From contig OZ024749.1 in the NCBI GenBank assembly GCA_964016885.1, positions 21,018,001 through 21,082,000 of the forward strand: a stretch of 64,000 nucleotides of DNA. The letters are read 5' to 3'. A program made the translations under genes and the position numbers. The notes under the pieces were generated by a model, which did not search any database, was not told where the DNA came from, and was given only the letters and a program-made list of their open reading frames with translations. This DNA comes from Eledone cirrhosa. Taxonomy: Eukaryota. Positions 41,907-55,139 of this stretch are shown here, piece after piece (within the stretch, counting starts at the first letter, position 1; each line of letters opens with the position of its first letter).

Positions 41907-41908
<2 letters not shown>
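41594..41908. mobile_element. Palindrome with 157-bp arms and 1-nt spacer, axis at a hammerhead core
   Basis: Axis 41751; CTGATGA-aatg...catt-GAAA-tatt begins 3 nt from the axis on each strand. Confidence 0.85.
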
Positions 41909-41963
<55 letters not shown>

Positions 41964-42219
41964 CATACACACACATACATACATATTACACACAGATTCA
42001 TGCATACACACACATACATATATACATACATACATTACATACACACATATACACATATATACACACATACACACACATGCACACATATACACAGACATAC
42101 ATACACAGACATACACACACACACATATATATATACAGACAAAAAACCCTTTTCCCTACTTTTCACACTCACATTTATATACATACAAATACATGCACGC
42201 ATGCGCACACGAACAAACG

Positions 42220-42269
<50 letters not shown>

Positions 42270-42447
42270 CACAAATCACCCTTCTTCCACTCCTCAGTGA
42301 CGCCCCTCCCCCTAAATATATATACTACCCACCAACAAAACCCTTAACAAAACGAAACCCGGCGAAGAAACACAACGAAAAGGTATGATGCAGTACAACG
42401 CTTGTATATATGATGGTAGTTTATCCTTTGATATAGCTGGGAAAGAG

Positions 42448-42483
42448 CTTTAACGTTTCGGACGTTTGTCCTTCATCAGAAAA
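42448..42483 (-). ncRNA. Minimal hammerhead ribozyme (PLE type)
   Basis: CTGATGA-aggac aaac gtcc-GAAACGTT with palindromic AACGTT. Confidence 0.75.
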
Positions 42484-43123
42484 ATAGAATGAAAGAAATA
42501 AAAGAATATATAGAAAGATAGAAAGATAGACGAAAGTAAGAAGCGGAAAAATAGAAGGACCCCCCCCCCCCAATAAAAGAATAAAAAAGAAACCTTTTTT
42601 ATTAACGGGAGGAAATCACATGTGTGTTTAATCGGTCATTTTTGGTATGAGAGAAGAAGAAAAAAAAGAAGAAAGAAGAAGAAGAAGAAGAAGATGAGGA
42701 AAAAGAAGAAAGAAGAAAAAGAAGAAAGAAGAAGAAGAAAAAGATTACGGATTCCATTAAAAGTCGTAGACTGGCTTTAATTCTTGGAAGATGAAGAATT
42801 GGTCAGAAAGAAAGAAAAATAGAAAAAAGAAGTATAAATGGAAGAGAGAATAAAGACAAACAAAACAACAACAAAACAAATATGGAAGTTGAGTGTGGCA
42901 GAGACAGACAGAGAGAGAGAGAGTGATAGAGAGTAACAGAGAGTGATAGAGAGAGAGAAAGCGATAGAGGGAAAGGATGGGTGTCTCTGAGGTGGAGAGA
43001 GAGAGAGAGTGAGAGAGAGTGAGAGAGAAAGAGAAAGAAAGAGAGAGAAAAAGAGAGAAAAAGAGAAAGAGAGAAAGAGAGAGAGATAGAGAAAGAGAGA
43101 TAGATAGATAGATAGATAGATAG

Positions 43124-43208
<85 letters not shown>

Positions 43209-45385
43209 ATATACTATATGTGTCTCTGAGGTGGAGAGATAAGACTAGCCAGCTTCCCTTGTAATAAGGAACAGATCATTAGTTTCTGATCAAAGCTTTT
43301 TCACTACAAACCAAAACCAATCAATCAGAAACTAACGTATCAATATTCACTCACCATAAGAACTTTCCAGTTAGCCCTGGGGGGCGTGACACGGGTGAGG
43401 ACGTATTGCTGCGAGGAAGAGCAGTGTGTGTGTAGTATACCTCCAACTCTCTGTGTGCAGCATGTATGTATGTATGGTCCCGTAACTCCTGATAGAGTCG
43501 TAGGGGTGCCGTATTGACATACGGCGTTTCTTGAGCATGGCGGAGTCCATCCCTCTCTAGGACTGAGTACAGCAGATTTCTTCAGCAGATTTCTTCCACA
43601 GAAACATAGAAAGTGAGAGAGGGGAAATGAGAAAGAGATATAGAGGAAAAATCGACCCCAGTACTAGACTGGTACTTTTTTTTTTGTTTTGTTATCGACC
43701 TCGAAAGTATGAAGGGCAACGTTGACCTCGGAGGGATTTGAACTCAGAAAGCAGAGAGCCATGTGCAGGTATGAAGACGTACAAAATGTCCTTTGGTCTA
43801 TCTATCATGCTTTGGAGAGGAGACGGGCGCCGCCATGTATTTATTTGTAAAGCTCACTGAAATTCCACGATGAGTAAATACCCAGTCAAAAGTCTAGAGT
43901 GCTCCACCCCCATGACTGGTTGTACCAGCTATGAGTAGATGGGCACCGCCAAGCATTTCTAAGGCCTGCTGAAATTCCATGATGGACATCACAGACAAAC
44001 TTCAAGTGCGGAGCCTCAAGGACTTCCTGCATCATTACAGAGAGATACGGGAAATACTTGGGTATCACCAAGTATTTCCTTGGCTCATTGAAATATCATG
44101 ATAGACACAGTCAAACTTTAAATGTGGCACCCCAACGATTGGCTGCACCAGTTGTGAGATGGGCACCCCCAAGCATTTAGTTCTGAGGACCTCTGAAATA
44201 CTATGATGGATAACACATAGTCAACACCTAGAGTGACTCCCCAACGATTGGCTGCACCAGTTGTGAGATGGGCACCCCCAAGCATTTAGTTCTGAGGACC
44301 TCTGAAATATTATGATAGACAACACACAGTCAACACCTAGAGTGACTCCCCAACGATTGGCTGTACCAGTTACAGGAAGATGGGCACCGCCAAGCATTTA
44401 CTTCTAAGGACCTCTGAAATAGTATGATAGATAACACACAGTAATGTTTAGAGTTGCACCCCAACGACTGGCTGCACCGGTTACGGGAAGATGGGTATCA
44501 CCAAATAGTTCTAAGGCTCACTGAAATGTCATGTTAGACACAGTCAAACATCTAAAGTAGCCACCTAAAGACTAGCTGCACCCAGAGGTGTAACAAGGGA
44601 AAATAGCGCATATAACAAACATTGAAATTATGCCCCTGCCATTGCAGCAAGCTATATAGTAGTTGTTAGACAATGGGATTGGCAGTGTAGTTTAGATAAA
44701 TGAGGGTCTAGGGTATAAAACTGCATTTTCATTTGTTCTACAGGTATCCTTTATGCTTAAGTATATGTAAAGTATTGCAAAAGTGTTAGTGTATTTAAAG
44801 GGAGTGATCTGTGTAATATTGATCTTTGACAAATATTAAAACCCTATTAAAATAGCTGACAAGTTGTACCATGAGGTATGCCTCGGTGGTCATGTAGTTC
44901 CCAGCACTGTATTTTTACCTATGGAGACCTAATCTCCTTATAATATATAACCAGCAATTTCTCTGTCTGTCTGTCCGACAGTGGAAACACGTGCGCGCGT
45001 GCGAATGTTTTTTGCGCACGCGACGCGTAGAGAGAGAGTGAGAGTGAAAGAAAGAGACAGACTACAAGAGGGGGATAGCGGGAGGGAGAGAGGGGGAATT
45101 GAGGAGTGCTACAGAAACATATATACATTTCTGTGTGTGTGTAAAATATATATATATACACACACAGAAATATATATATATACACACAGAAATATATATA
45201 TACATTTCTGTGTGTGTAATATATATATATATATATACACACAGAAATATATATACATTTCTGTGCGTGTAATATATATATATATATATACACACAGAGA
45301 AATATATATAGATTTCTGTGTGTGTAATATATATATATATATATACACACACACAGAAATATATATACATTTCTGTGTGTGTGTA

Positions 45386-45416
<31 letters not shown>

Positions 45417-45741
45417 GAAATATATATATATTTCCGTGTGTGTATATATATATATTACACACACAGAAATGTATATATATATACACAGAAATATATATAC
45501 ATCCCTTAGCTACTGTACTGTATCTGTTGCTATCTCTCTCTCTCTCCAGCTATCCCTCTCTTTTAGTCTGTCTGTTTCTCTCACTCTCACTCTTTCTCTT
45601 TGTAACACATTAACATTCCTCCCCTCTATCGCTGTGACGAATGGGGAGATGGAGGAGGAGGAGGAGGTGAGAGTCACTTCGTCACTTCACCTCTGCCTTT
45701 CTTTCTCTCCTCTCTCACTCCCTCATTACGTACAGACATTA

Positions 45742-45934
45742 GGGCGGTGAATTGGCAGAATCTGTAGAGAGTCGGACACCATGCTTCATAGCATGGAGTT
45801 ACGTCCCTTTACGGTCTGAGTTCAAATACCGCCGAGGTTAACTTTGCCTTTCATCCTCACGGGGTCGATAAAATAAAGTACCAGTAATGTACTGAGTAAT
45901 TGCTGGCCTTGTGCCAAAAGTAGAAACAATTATT
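45742..45934 (+). mobile_element. tRNA-head SINE
   Basis: A and B boxes, Meta-like domain, ggccttgtgcc tail. Confidence 0.85.
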
Positions 45935-46207
45935 AGAAACATTGCTTCATTTTTACATATCTAAGCATTAGTAAAATAACTAATAATTTCAAAAGTAATT
46001 TTTCAATTCCAATTGTTATGAACAGCAAAACATTAATAATAATTTTGTTCTAAGAAATATATATACATTTCTGTGTGTGTAATATATATATATATACACA
46101 CACAGAAATATATATACACACAGAAATATATATACATATATATACATTTCTGTGTGTGTAATATATATATATATACACACAGAAATATATATACATTTCT
46201 GTGTGTG

Positions 46208-46272
<65 letters not shown>

Positions 46273-46345
46273 GAAATATATATACATTTCTGTGTGTGTA
46301 ATATATATATATATATATACACACACAGAAATATATGGGCATTTC

Positions 46346-46379
<34 letters not shown>

Positions 46380-46884
46380 CTTCCCTAAAACTCAAATGTA
46401 GGTGCTACAGAAATATTACCTTCCCCTTCCTTTCTCCACTTTGGTACTACCAAGAGAAACACTGTTGCTATAGAAACATTACCTTCCCATCTCCACTGAC
46501 TTTGGTCACTGAGGCCGAGGGAATCGCTGGTTGCTATAGAGACACCTTGCACAAGCCAGAAGTAACCAGTTCGAGGCGGTTCTGACTTGACACCATGCCA
46601 AGGACCATTTGAAGATATATTTCCATCGTTATATCATAACGTTTATGTATTATAACGTTTATATTTCCGTCACTAATCTCTTTTTCTCCTTTTTCGTTTT
46701 AACATATATTTATTTCAAAGATTTCACCGTATAGATAACATATATATTTATACATGCATAAAAGACACACCGAGAGACGGTGAACATGTGGTGCCGAAAA
46801 CATTTCTCATCCAAATCTCAACAATATCAGTATATACACTAGATTTGCTAGCAGAAAACCGCCCAGCGGGTGGTTTTCTGCTAG

Positions 46885-47174
46885 TCTCTATATATATAAA
46901 ACTGAGGATGTCTGTCTGTGTGTGTGTGAGTTTGAATCCCTAAAACTCGAGAAACACCCAACCGACTCTTTTCAAACTTTACACATGTAATACTTATGCT
47001 TCAGGGAGTGTTCTGAGCAAAAGTTTTCAATGCCCTAGGGACCGCATTAGGTGGTTTAGCGATCTCTCTCTATAATTCCTAGTCTTTCTCTTTTTAGATA
47101 CATACATATAACGTCGCGCCATTATAATATCTGTCTGTATGTCTGGCTGTTTGCATTACGTCACTTCCATGAAG

Positions 47175-47211
<37 letters not shown>

Positions 47212-47785
47212 TTTGAATCCATAAAACTCGAGAAGTACCCAACCGATCTTTTTCAAACTTTACATGTGTATTACTTATGTTTCAGGGAGTGTTATGCACA
47301 TAAAACATACAACTTTTTGATCTCCTAGGGCCCGCATTAGGTGAAAAACTGCGTTTTTTCAGCTTTTTAGGAGTTTTTTGAAGCGTTACTTCAGACCGAT
47401 TTCCTTGAAATTGTAACTATGTATTAGTCAGTCTCTTCTTCATACCGTGAGAAAAGAAAATCCAACTTTTTTTTATGGCATTAGGTGAAAAACTTCATTT
47501 TTTCAGCTTCTTAGTGCTCTTTGGAGGCGTTACGTCTAGCCGATTTTCCCGAAATTTCAAGGCATATTATGCACATAAAAAAAATTCATTTTCTTGATCC
47601 CCTAGGTGAAAACCTGCATTTTTCCTGCTTCATCGAGGAAAATCTTAAAGATTATCCAGCCATCAGAGTATTCGGTTTATTTTCTTTACATATTGTCATG
47701 GCATGCAGTTTTTCCACGATTAGGTCTGTTGGCGGCCCGCGTTCCAAAATACCTTATCCCGTGCAACGTCGGGTACCACTGCTAG
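46885..47785 (+). mobile_element. Non-autonomous Helitron
   Basis: 5' TC-tctatatatataaa; 3' hairpin cccg-tgcaacgt-cggg then CTAG|T; internal duplication ~46920/47200. Confidence 0.8.
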
Positions 47786-48224
47786 TAATTTATAAAAATG
47801 GTTTAATGATCCAGCCACCACAGTGTTTCTCAGCTATGATAATCAAAGACAGATCATACATCTGAAGAAGTTTCTTTTTCCACTCTCTGACGATAGCCTA
47901 TCTGACTTTAATAGAAAGTGCTCCTAGTCCAGGTGGTGCCCCCTACATGTGGCACCCATGGCACGTGACATGTAATAGCCTAGATACGTCTCTGGCTGCA
48001 CCAGATACGGGGGGAAGGGCACTGCTAAGCATTTAGTTCTAAGGACCTCTGAAATGCCATAGTGGTATCAGAAAAATGTCTTGAGTGGCTGTACCCGTTA
48101 CGAGGGGAGAGGCACGGCCAAGTATTGTAAGAATTACGTTAGGTTTGGTACACGTGTCTGTGGTGCACTCAGACGCCTATAACGAGTAGTCCGTCCGTTT
48201 TGTTGATGGAACAATTGGAATACA

Positions 48225-48278
48225 TCCACCAAAACCACTACTACTACTACTACTACTACTACCAGCGACACCACCCCG

Positions 48279-48322
<44 letters not shown>

Positions 48323-48416
48323 CAGCGACACCACCCCGACTACTACTACTACTACTACCAGCGACACCACCCCGACTACTACTACTACTACTACTACTAC
48401 CAGCGACACCACCCCG

Positions 48417-48451
<35 letters not shown>

Positions 48452-48467
48452 CAGCGACACCACCCCG

Positions 48468-48516
<49 letters not shown>

Positions 48517-48536
48517 ACACCAGCGACACCACCCCG

Positions 48537-48589
<53 letters not shown>

Positions 48590-48800
48590 CAACACCAGCG
48601 ACACCACCCCGACTACTACTACTACTGCTACTACTATCACCACCAGCGACACCACCCCGACTACGACTACTACTACTACTACCAGCGACACCACCCCGGC
48701 TACTACTACTACTACTATCACCACCAGCGACACCACCACCACAACTACTACTACCACCATCACCACCATCACCACCATCACCACTACCACTACTACTGAG
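48225..48800. repeat. Compound (ACT)n array with interspersed 18-nt accagcgacaccaccccg units
   Basis: Directly visible; frame-preserving throughout. Confidence 0.9.
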
Positions 48801-49009
48801 ATGTCGAATTGGTTTCGTTGTTTCTTGCGCTGTATAAGGGGAGGGGTAATAGAAGGGTAGGAGAGGGGAATGAGAGGGGGGGGGCTAGAGATGATGGGAA
48901 GACAAATCGATATTTTTGTTGATATCGGATAGACATCAATATCATTTAGCCAATGTAATAATACTGGATATAGCATGTATGTTGATAAAAATCGGTGAGT
49001 CAGATATAC

Positions 49010-49057
<48 letters not shown>

Positions 49058-49263
49058 TGTATCTCTGAACTGGAGAAATATAGAGAGGAAGAGAAAAAGA
49101 GAGAAAAACAGAGATGAGAGTGTGTGTGTGTGTGTGAGAGAGAGAGAGACTAAGAGAAGACGTGAAATCAGAAAAAAACCCCAGAATTATATGAGGATAT
49201 ACCAGGGTTTGTTTATCAGATAAGTTCACATGGGTATTGAGAGGTAAGTGATCTCTCTCTCTG

Positions 49264-49296
<33 letters not shown>

Positions 49297-49930
49297 ACAC
49301 ACACATATATATATACCCACACACATATATATGCATACACATATACATACATACATACATATATATATACATACACACTCACATATATATATATACATAC
49401 ACGCACATATACATACACACACACACACACATATATATAATATATACACTATATATATATATCAGAATTTAACCAGTATTAAACCAGTCAGTCCATTATC
49501 CAACAGAGTAATTGATACTTGGGAGAGTAGAGTGTAACTATATTACAAGAAGTCGGAGCTCGACGGCTGATCTTGCCGTTACGTTAGCTAATTCCAGACT
49601 GTTAACAAACCTACCTGCAGTGGAATTGCCATCTCATCGGGGGCGTGGCCTAGCTGATTGACTTGTCGGTAAATTGATAAGCTGTCCATATAAGGATAAT
49701 AGTTCTTTATAGATTGTTAATGAAAAGGTTTAGAATAAATTGTTCATTTTTAAAATATATTTTATATATATATTTTTTTTCCGGGAGTGGTTGTGTGTAC
49801 GTGCATATGACTTCGCAAGTGTGTGTGAGTGTCTGTGTGTTGCGTTACTTACGTGGGGATGAATGTGAAAAACTGGTATTGTAGTGGTGAGGGTAGAATG
49901 TGGCTGAGTTGAATGTATGCATATGGGTAT

Positions 49931-50054
<124 letters not shown>

Positions 50055-50560
50055 AAGAAATTAAAAGAGGGTTAAAAAAGTTCCATATATTTTATAACCA
50101 TCTTTAATTTCTTCTTTAATATATACTCCAGTTCTACCAACTGTTGAGTGTTACTTATCTGATATATGTATAGTTTTATTGTTCTACAATATTACTCACC
50201 TTCTACATACATACACACACACACATATATATATAGAATAGAAAACGAAAAATCAGTGATGCATCGGAACTCAATTTGTTGTGTGTTACAATTGTTTCCC
50301 TGGCGATTAGCTCGAGTGCGATCCGTGTGTGGATCTACCTGACTCTAGACTCGCAGGTTCCTCGGAAACGTCTATTGATTTCGGATCATATCCTCTTTCT
50401 GGGGGTTTCTGGCTCTACAAGCCTATATTGTCCACCTTCATCCGCTTTGGGCGTCCTTGGGTTGGTCACTGGTTAGTGACGTCATCATTATTCTGACCAC
50501 TTGTAGTAGCCCGCTGACCGTCAGGGCGTGAGCTGTCACTCACCCATAGCTACCTTTAGA

Positions 50561-50668
50561 CATCATCATCATCATTTTACGTCCGCTTTTCCCTGCTTGC
50601 AAGGGTGGGACGGGACCTGATTCTGGCTTGATTTCTACAGCTGGATGCCCTTCCTAACACCAACCTCC
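50561..50668 (-). mobile_element. Internally deleted SINE 3' part (ggatgcccttcctaa type) with (GAT)n tail
   Basis: ctggatgcccttcctaacaccaacc block plus gcggacgtaaaatgatgatg on the minus strand. Confidence 0.6.
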
Positions 50669-50743
<75 letters not shown>

Positions 50744-50782
50744 GTATGTAAGTAAGGTAATCAATACATAGCAGAGTATAAG

Positions 50783-50898
50783 TGTTTTAATGTAGACAGC
50801 TTCTACGGGACTAGAACTGTTTCATTCGTGAGAAATCATGATGATTTCTCACGAATGAAACAGTTCTAGTCCTGTAGAAGCTTTTCTATATTAAAACA
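50783..50898. mobile_element. Fold-back element with axis at a partial hammerhead
   Basis: ~57-bp arms, axis 50840, followed by TGATGA-tttctcacgaat-GAAAC. Confidence 0.65.
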
Positions 50899-50900
50899 AT

Positions 50901-50979
50901 ATATAACAATATCTGTTTCAACAAACGATTTCATTCCAAGAATCTTGCAAAACAAATACAAAAGGAAAAGTATGCACAT

Positions 50980-51026
<47 letters not shown>

Positions 51027-51141
51027 ATTATACATATATATATGGGTCTGTGCATACTTTTCCTTTTGTATTTGTTTTGCAAGATTCTTGAAATGAAATC
51101 GTTTGTTGAAACAGATATTGTTATATTTTGGGAGGGTCATA
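50901..51141. mobile_element. Tail-to-tail inverted pair of PLE pLTR tails (7503 family)
   Basis: 50901-50977 inverted to 51049-51126; continues into tttgggagggtcat as at 7573. Confidence 0.7.
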
Positions 51142-51330
51142 CTGTCAAACATTGGGTTGGTGTTATTTATTCATCACACATATATTATTTTATTTGTCGA
51201 AGGCAAACATGAGAGGGTCAACTGGCACACACACACACACGCCCCCCCCACACACATACACACACACACACACACACGCACACACACAAAGTTGAGTTTC
51301 ACTTCAGTTTATTATTAGTTGAATACCTAA

Positions 51331-51553
51331 GGGCGGTGGATTGGCAGTATCGGTAGAGGGTCGGGCGCCATGCTTTGACGCATAGAGTTACGGTCCTTTA
51401 TGATCTGAGTTCAAATCCCGCCGAGGTTAACTTTGCCTTTCATCCTTACGGGGTCGATAAAATAAAGTACCAGTCACGCACTTGGGTCGATTTAATCGAC
51501 TTTCCCCTCCCCCCAAAATTGCTGGCCTTGTGCCTGTATAAGAAACTATTATT
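51331..51553 (+). mobile_element. Full-length tRNA-head SINE
   Basis: A box tggcagtatcgg; B box gagttcaaatccc; degenerate TSD agttgaatacctaa / agttgagaaactaa. Confidence 0.88.
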
Positions 51554-51901
51554 AGTTGAGAAACTAATACATTCGTTGGTTAGTTTAGTAAGACATTGTT
51601 CTTTAGTCGTTATATTTAATTTTCAAAGCTCTTTCATCATAGATTTGGAGTAAACACACTTGGAGTAAACATACATACATACATATATATATATTCATAC
51701 ATACACACACACGTACACACCTTCTCTCATCCTTACCCCCTACCACACACCTATATAAGAAAGATACACCCACTAACAGACAATTACACACCCACACATA
51801 TATATATATATATATGTATGTATATATACTTATACACACCTACAGCCCCTCTACCCCACCAAAACACTTAAACAAACACAGAAATACAAACACACACATA
51901 T

Positions 51902-51961
<60 letters not shown>

Positions 51962-52059
51962 ACTTAATCACACAAACTCCTCTCTTTCCCACACACGCAG
52001 AGAGCCACACAAATAAACACACACAGCCACGCATACACACACACACACACACACACACA

Positions 52060-52532
52060 TTCTGACACACTAACAGGCACACACACACACATACAAACAC
52101 ATACACATTAACACACACACAGCCACGCACACGCACACAGACACACATTCTGACACACATACTGACACAGAGTCAACAACACACACACAGCCACACACTG
52201 ACACATACACACACAGCTACACACTGACACATACACACACAGCCACACACTGACACATACACACACAGCCACACACTGACACACACAGACACACACTGAC
52301 ACACACAGCCACATAGTCAGCCACACACACATACACACAACCACACACACAGCCATACACACAGCCACACACACACACAGCCACATACACACGGCCACAC
52401 ACACAGCCACATACACACACAGCCACACGCACAACCACACTGAGTCAGCCACACACACAGCCACACACAGCCACACACACAGCCACACTGAGTCAGCCAC
52501 ACACACAGCCACACAGCCACACAGCCACACAC
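52060..52532. repeat. CA-derived minisatellite (acacacagcc / acactgac)
   Basis: Directly visible. Confidence 0.85.
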
Positions 52533-52962
52533 CGTTCTATGTTGTTCAGTAAAACTAAGATTCTCTGTAAAACCACCAACGTGAGACGATGACCAAATAC
52601 TAGATCGATAGTAACTTCAAAACCTCCTCAACACTATTGAAATGGTAAATGATGGTAGATTTTCTATTGAAGAGTACACAAGACATTTCACTGCCCTTCA
52701 TTCTCTCGCTCCCTCCCTCTCTCTCACTCACTCTATCACACCCTCTCCCCTTTTCAATGACTCCCTCTCTCTCATCGCCTCTCCCTCTACCTCACTGCCT
52801 CTGCCTCTCTGTCTCTCTCATCGTCACTCCCTCTCTATCACCCTCTCTCTCTACCTCACTGCTTCTCCCTCTGTTGTTGTTGTTGTTGTTGTTGTTCATA
52901 ACCTAGCCTTGAAGCATGAAGCCGGACACTGCAGACAATGCTAATCGAATTACCTAGATAAG

Positions 52963-53144
<182 letters not shown>

Positions 53145-53149
53145 GTGTG

Positions 53150-53241
<92 letters not shown>

Positions 53242-53243
<2 letters not shown>

Positions 53244-53642
53244 AAAGTGTTAAACGATATTCAATGATTATGTCAAAGAATGAGTTTTACAGTAGATTGG
53301 AAGCACTCTACGAAAAAATAATTTTCCGGAGTTATTAATATTAAAATATAAATATTAATAAAATAGATGTTCTTTTGATCAATTACATTTTATTATACAT
53401 ATTTCGGATGTACAAGAGTACGTTCTCATCAGACAAAATATAATGATACATGACATACCCCGAGATGTTAAATGATTAAGATTTAAGATGGTTAAGATTA
53501 AATCTTAACCATTTAACATCTCAGGGTATGTCATGTATCATTATATTTTGTCTGATGAGGACGTACTGTTGTACATGCGAAATATGTATAATAAAATGTA
53601 ATTGATCAAAAGAACATCTATTTTATTAATATTTATATTTTA
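53242..53642 (-). mobile_element. PLE-type fold-back element with a hammerhead in each arm
   Basis: Arms ~53342-53486 and ~53497-53642; tail 53242-53341; (TA)n flanks. Confidence 0.8.
53545..53597 (+). ncRNA. Minimal hammerhead (mirror copy 53387-53439, -)
   Basis: attttgt-CTGATGA-ggacgtac tgtt gtacatgc-GAAA-tatgtaTA-ataaaat; 7-bp stem I. Confidence 0.75.
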
Positions 53643-53655
53643 TTATATATATATG

Positions 53656-53786
<131 letters not shown>

Positions 53787-53819
53787 GTGTATATATATAT
53801 ATATGTGTGTGTATATATA

Positions 53820-53854
<35 letters not shown>

Positions 53855-53881
53855 GAGTGTGTGTGTGTATATATATTTATG

Positions 53882-54490
53882 TCAGGTCACCAGTTGGTGC
53901 TACTGGTAACATGTATCCCAGTACAACCTGTCTCATGGTCGGGTCGTTGGCGACTAAACTGGCAACCCCACCAAGGTTTCTTGGTGAGGAGGGTGACTTT
54001 GGACATCCTGCAGGACTAAAAACAAAAACCTGTCAGAGGGCAAAGGAGCTCTTAAGAGTCAATGGCCATCCAAAGTCACCGGGAGAGATGGCCCCTTAGC
54101 CTTTGTCAAGGCAGAATTCTAGGAGAAGGAAAACTCTGATATAACACCTGCAACCCTGATGGTATCCAATGATGTTGACTTGTTCTTCTTTTTGGTAAAT
54201 ATCATCTTGGTTAAGAGAGTGGGACTGGCTTTGTGCAGTGCCTTTGCTCACTATAAAAGCTTCACGGCACAGGCATTGCTTTATATCTGGAGATCTCTCT
54301 GCACTTGCCGTCACATGGTACCATGGGCCCAGCACTATGTGTCAATAATTGTCACAAGTGTAGTGTTTGTGCCAGAGTTTTCAAGTCGCTGGCTAGACTA
54401 AAAAGTCACACTTGTTCAATGCATTGGTAGGGGTTCTCCTACATGGATATAAAGTAGTGGCCGTACTCGAAAACGAGTTGGCAGCCACCA
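53882..54490 (+). mobile_element. Longest RTE-derived non-autonomous element (subfamily 1)
   Basis: RTE 5'UTR motif plus zinc-finger-relic 3' end; (TA)n tail. Confidence 0.85.
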
Positions 54491-55139
54491 TATATATATA
54501 TGAGTGTGTATATGTGATATTTATGGGCAGCACAGTGTGTATTAGAAGACATATAATGATTTTAACATAGATATTATTTACTCTGTACAAAACCTTCAGG
54601 ATCCTTTATAGCTGATGAAAGCAAGGTGACGGATGAAAACAGTTCCCGTATTATGTAGTTCAAATCATGTTTTGACATCTCATTATCACAGTTAAATCGA
54701 AGGTCCATGCGGCTGAGAACAAAGGGAAGTAACTTCCATTGGTCAGCAGATGCCTCGTTTTGATGAATTTTTTTTAGCACCCGTTAGCTCAAATCACGTT
54801 TTAATCTCGCAAAATCGCAGTTAAATCGAGAGTTTCATATGGTTTAGCAGAAGTCTTGTTTTGATGAAAGCTTTCATATCATTAGTTAGTCGAAGTCTCG
54901 TTTTAATCTCGCGATATCATAGTTAATCGAGAACTTCACGCGACTGGGAGCAAGGGAAGTAACTCGCATTAGTTAATAGAGGTCATTTTTTTGTCGCATT
55001 AATTACAGGCATGACTCAGCAATAAATTGCAAACGTCATTCGGTTTAAAATAAGGGAAATCACTCTTAAGGAATTAAATTTTGACTCTAGATGTGCCGCA
55101 TGCGTGTTGGTATTCTTGCCTGCAATTACCTATGGTCAT

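Larger units (their letters stand above)
44583..47994. mobile_element. Non-autonomous hAT-like element carrying nested repeats
   Basis: 8-bp TSD gctgcacc (44575-44582, 47995-48002); imperfect TIRs cagaggtgtaacaagg / cctagatacgtctctg. Confidence 0.75.
43820..48125. repeat. Diverged ~108-bp satellite (~8-9 units) split by a hAT insertion
   Basis: ggctgcacc..gatgggcacc.ccaagcatttagttct.aggacctctgaaat units at 43820-44582, resuming at 47995-48125. Confidence 0.85.

Noticed and set aside
46400-46545. RFX X-box-like motifs gttgctatagaaac / gttgctatagagac
   Set aside because: Lie in locally repeated sequence inside a transposon, with no adjacent gene.
49620-49690. GC-box and CCAAT-like promoter motifs
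   Set aside because: Short motifs expected by chance; no associated transcription unit visible.
50235-50561. Possible solo LTR on the minus strand (starts TGT)
   Set aside because: No CA terminus, TSD or second copy identifiable.
51149-51227. Repeat shared with 56087-56165, with a mariner-like cattgggttggtg end
   Set aside because: The duplication is real but no partner TIR is visible, so it cannot be classified.
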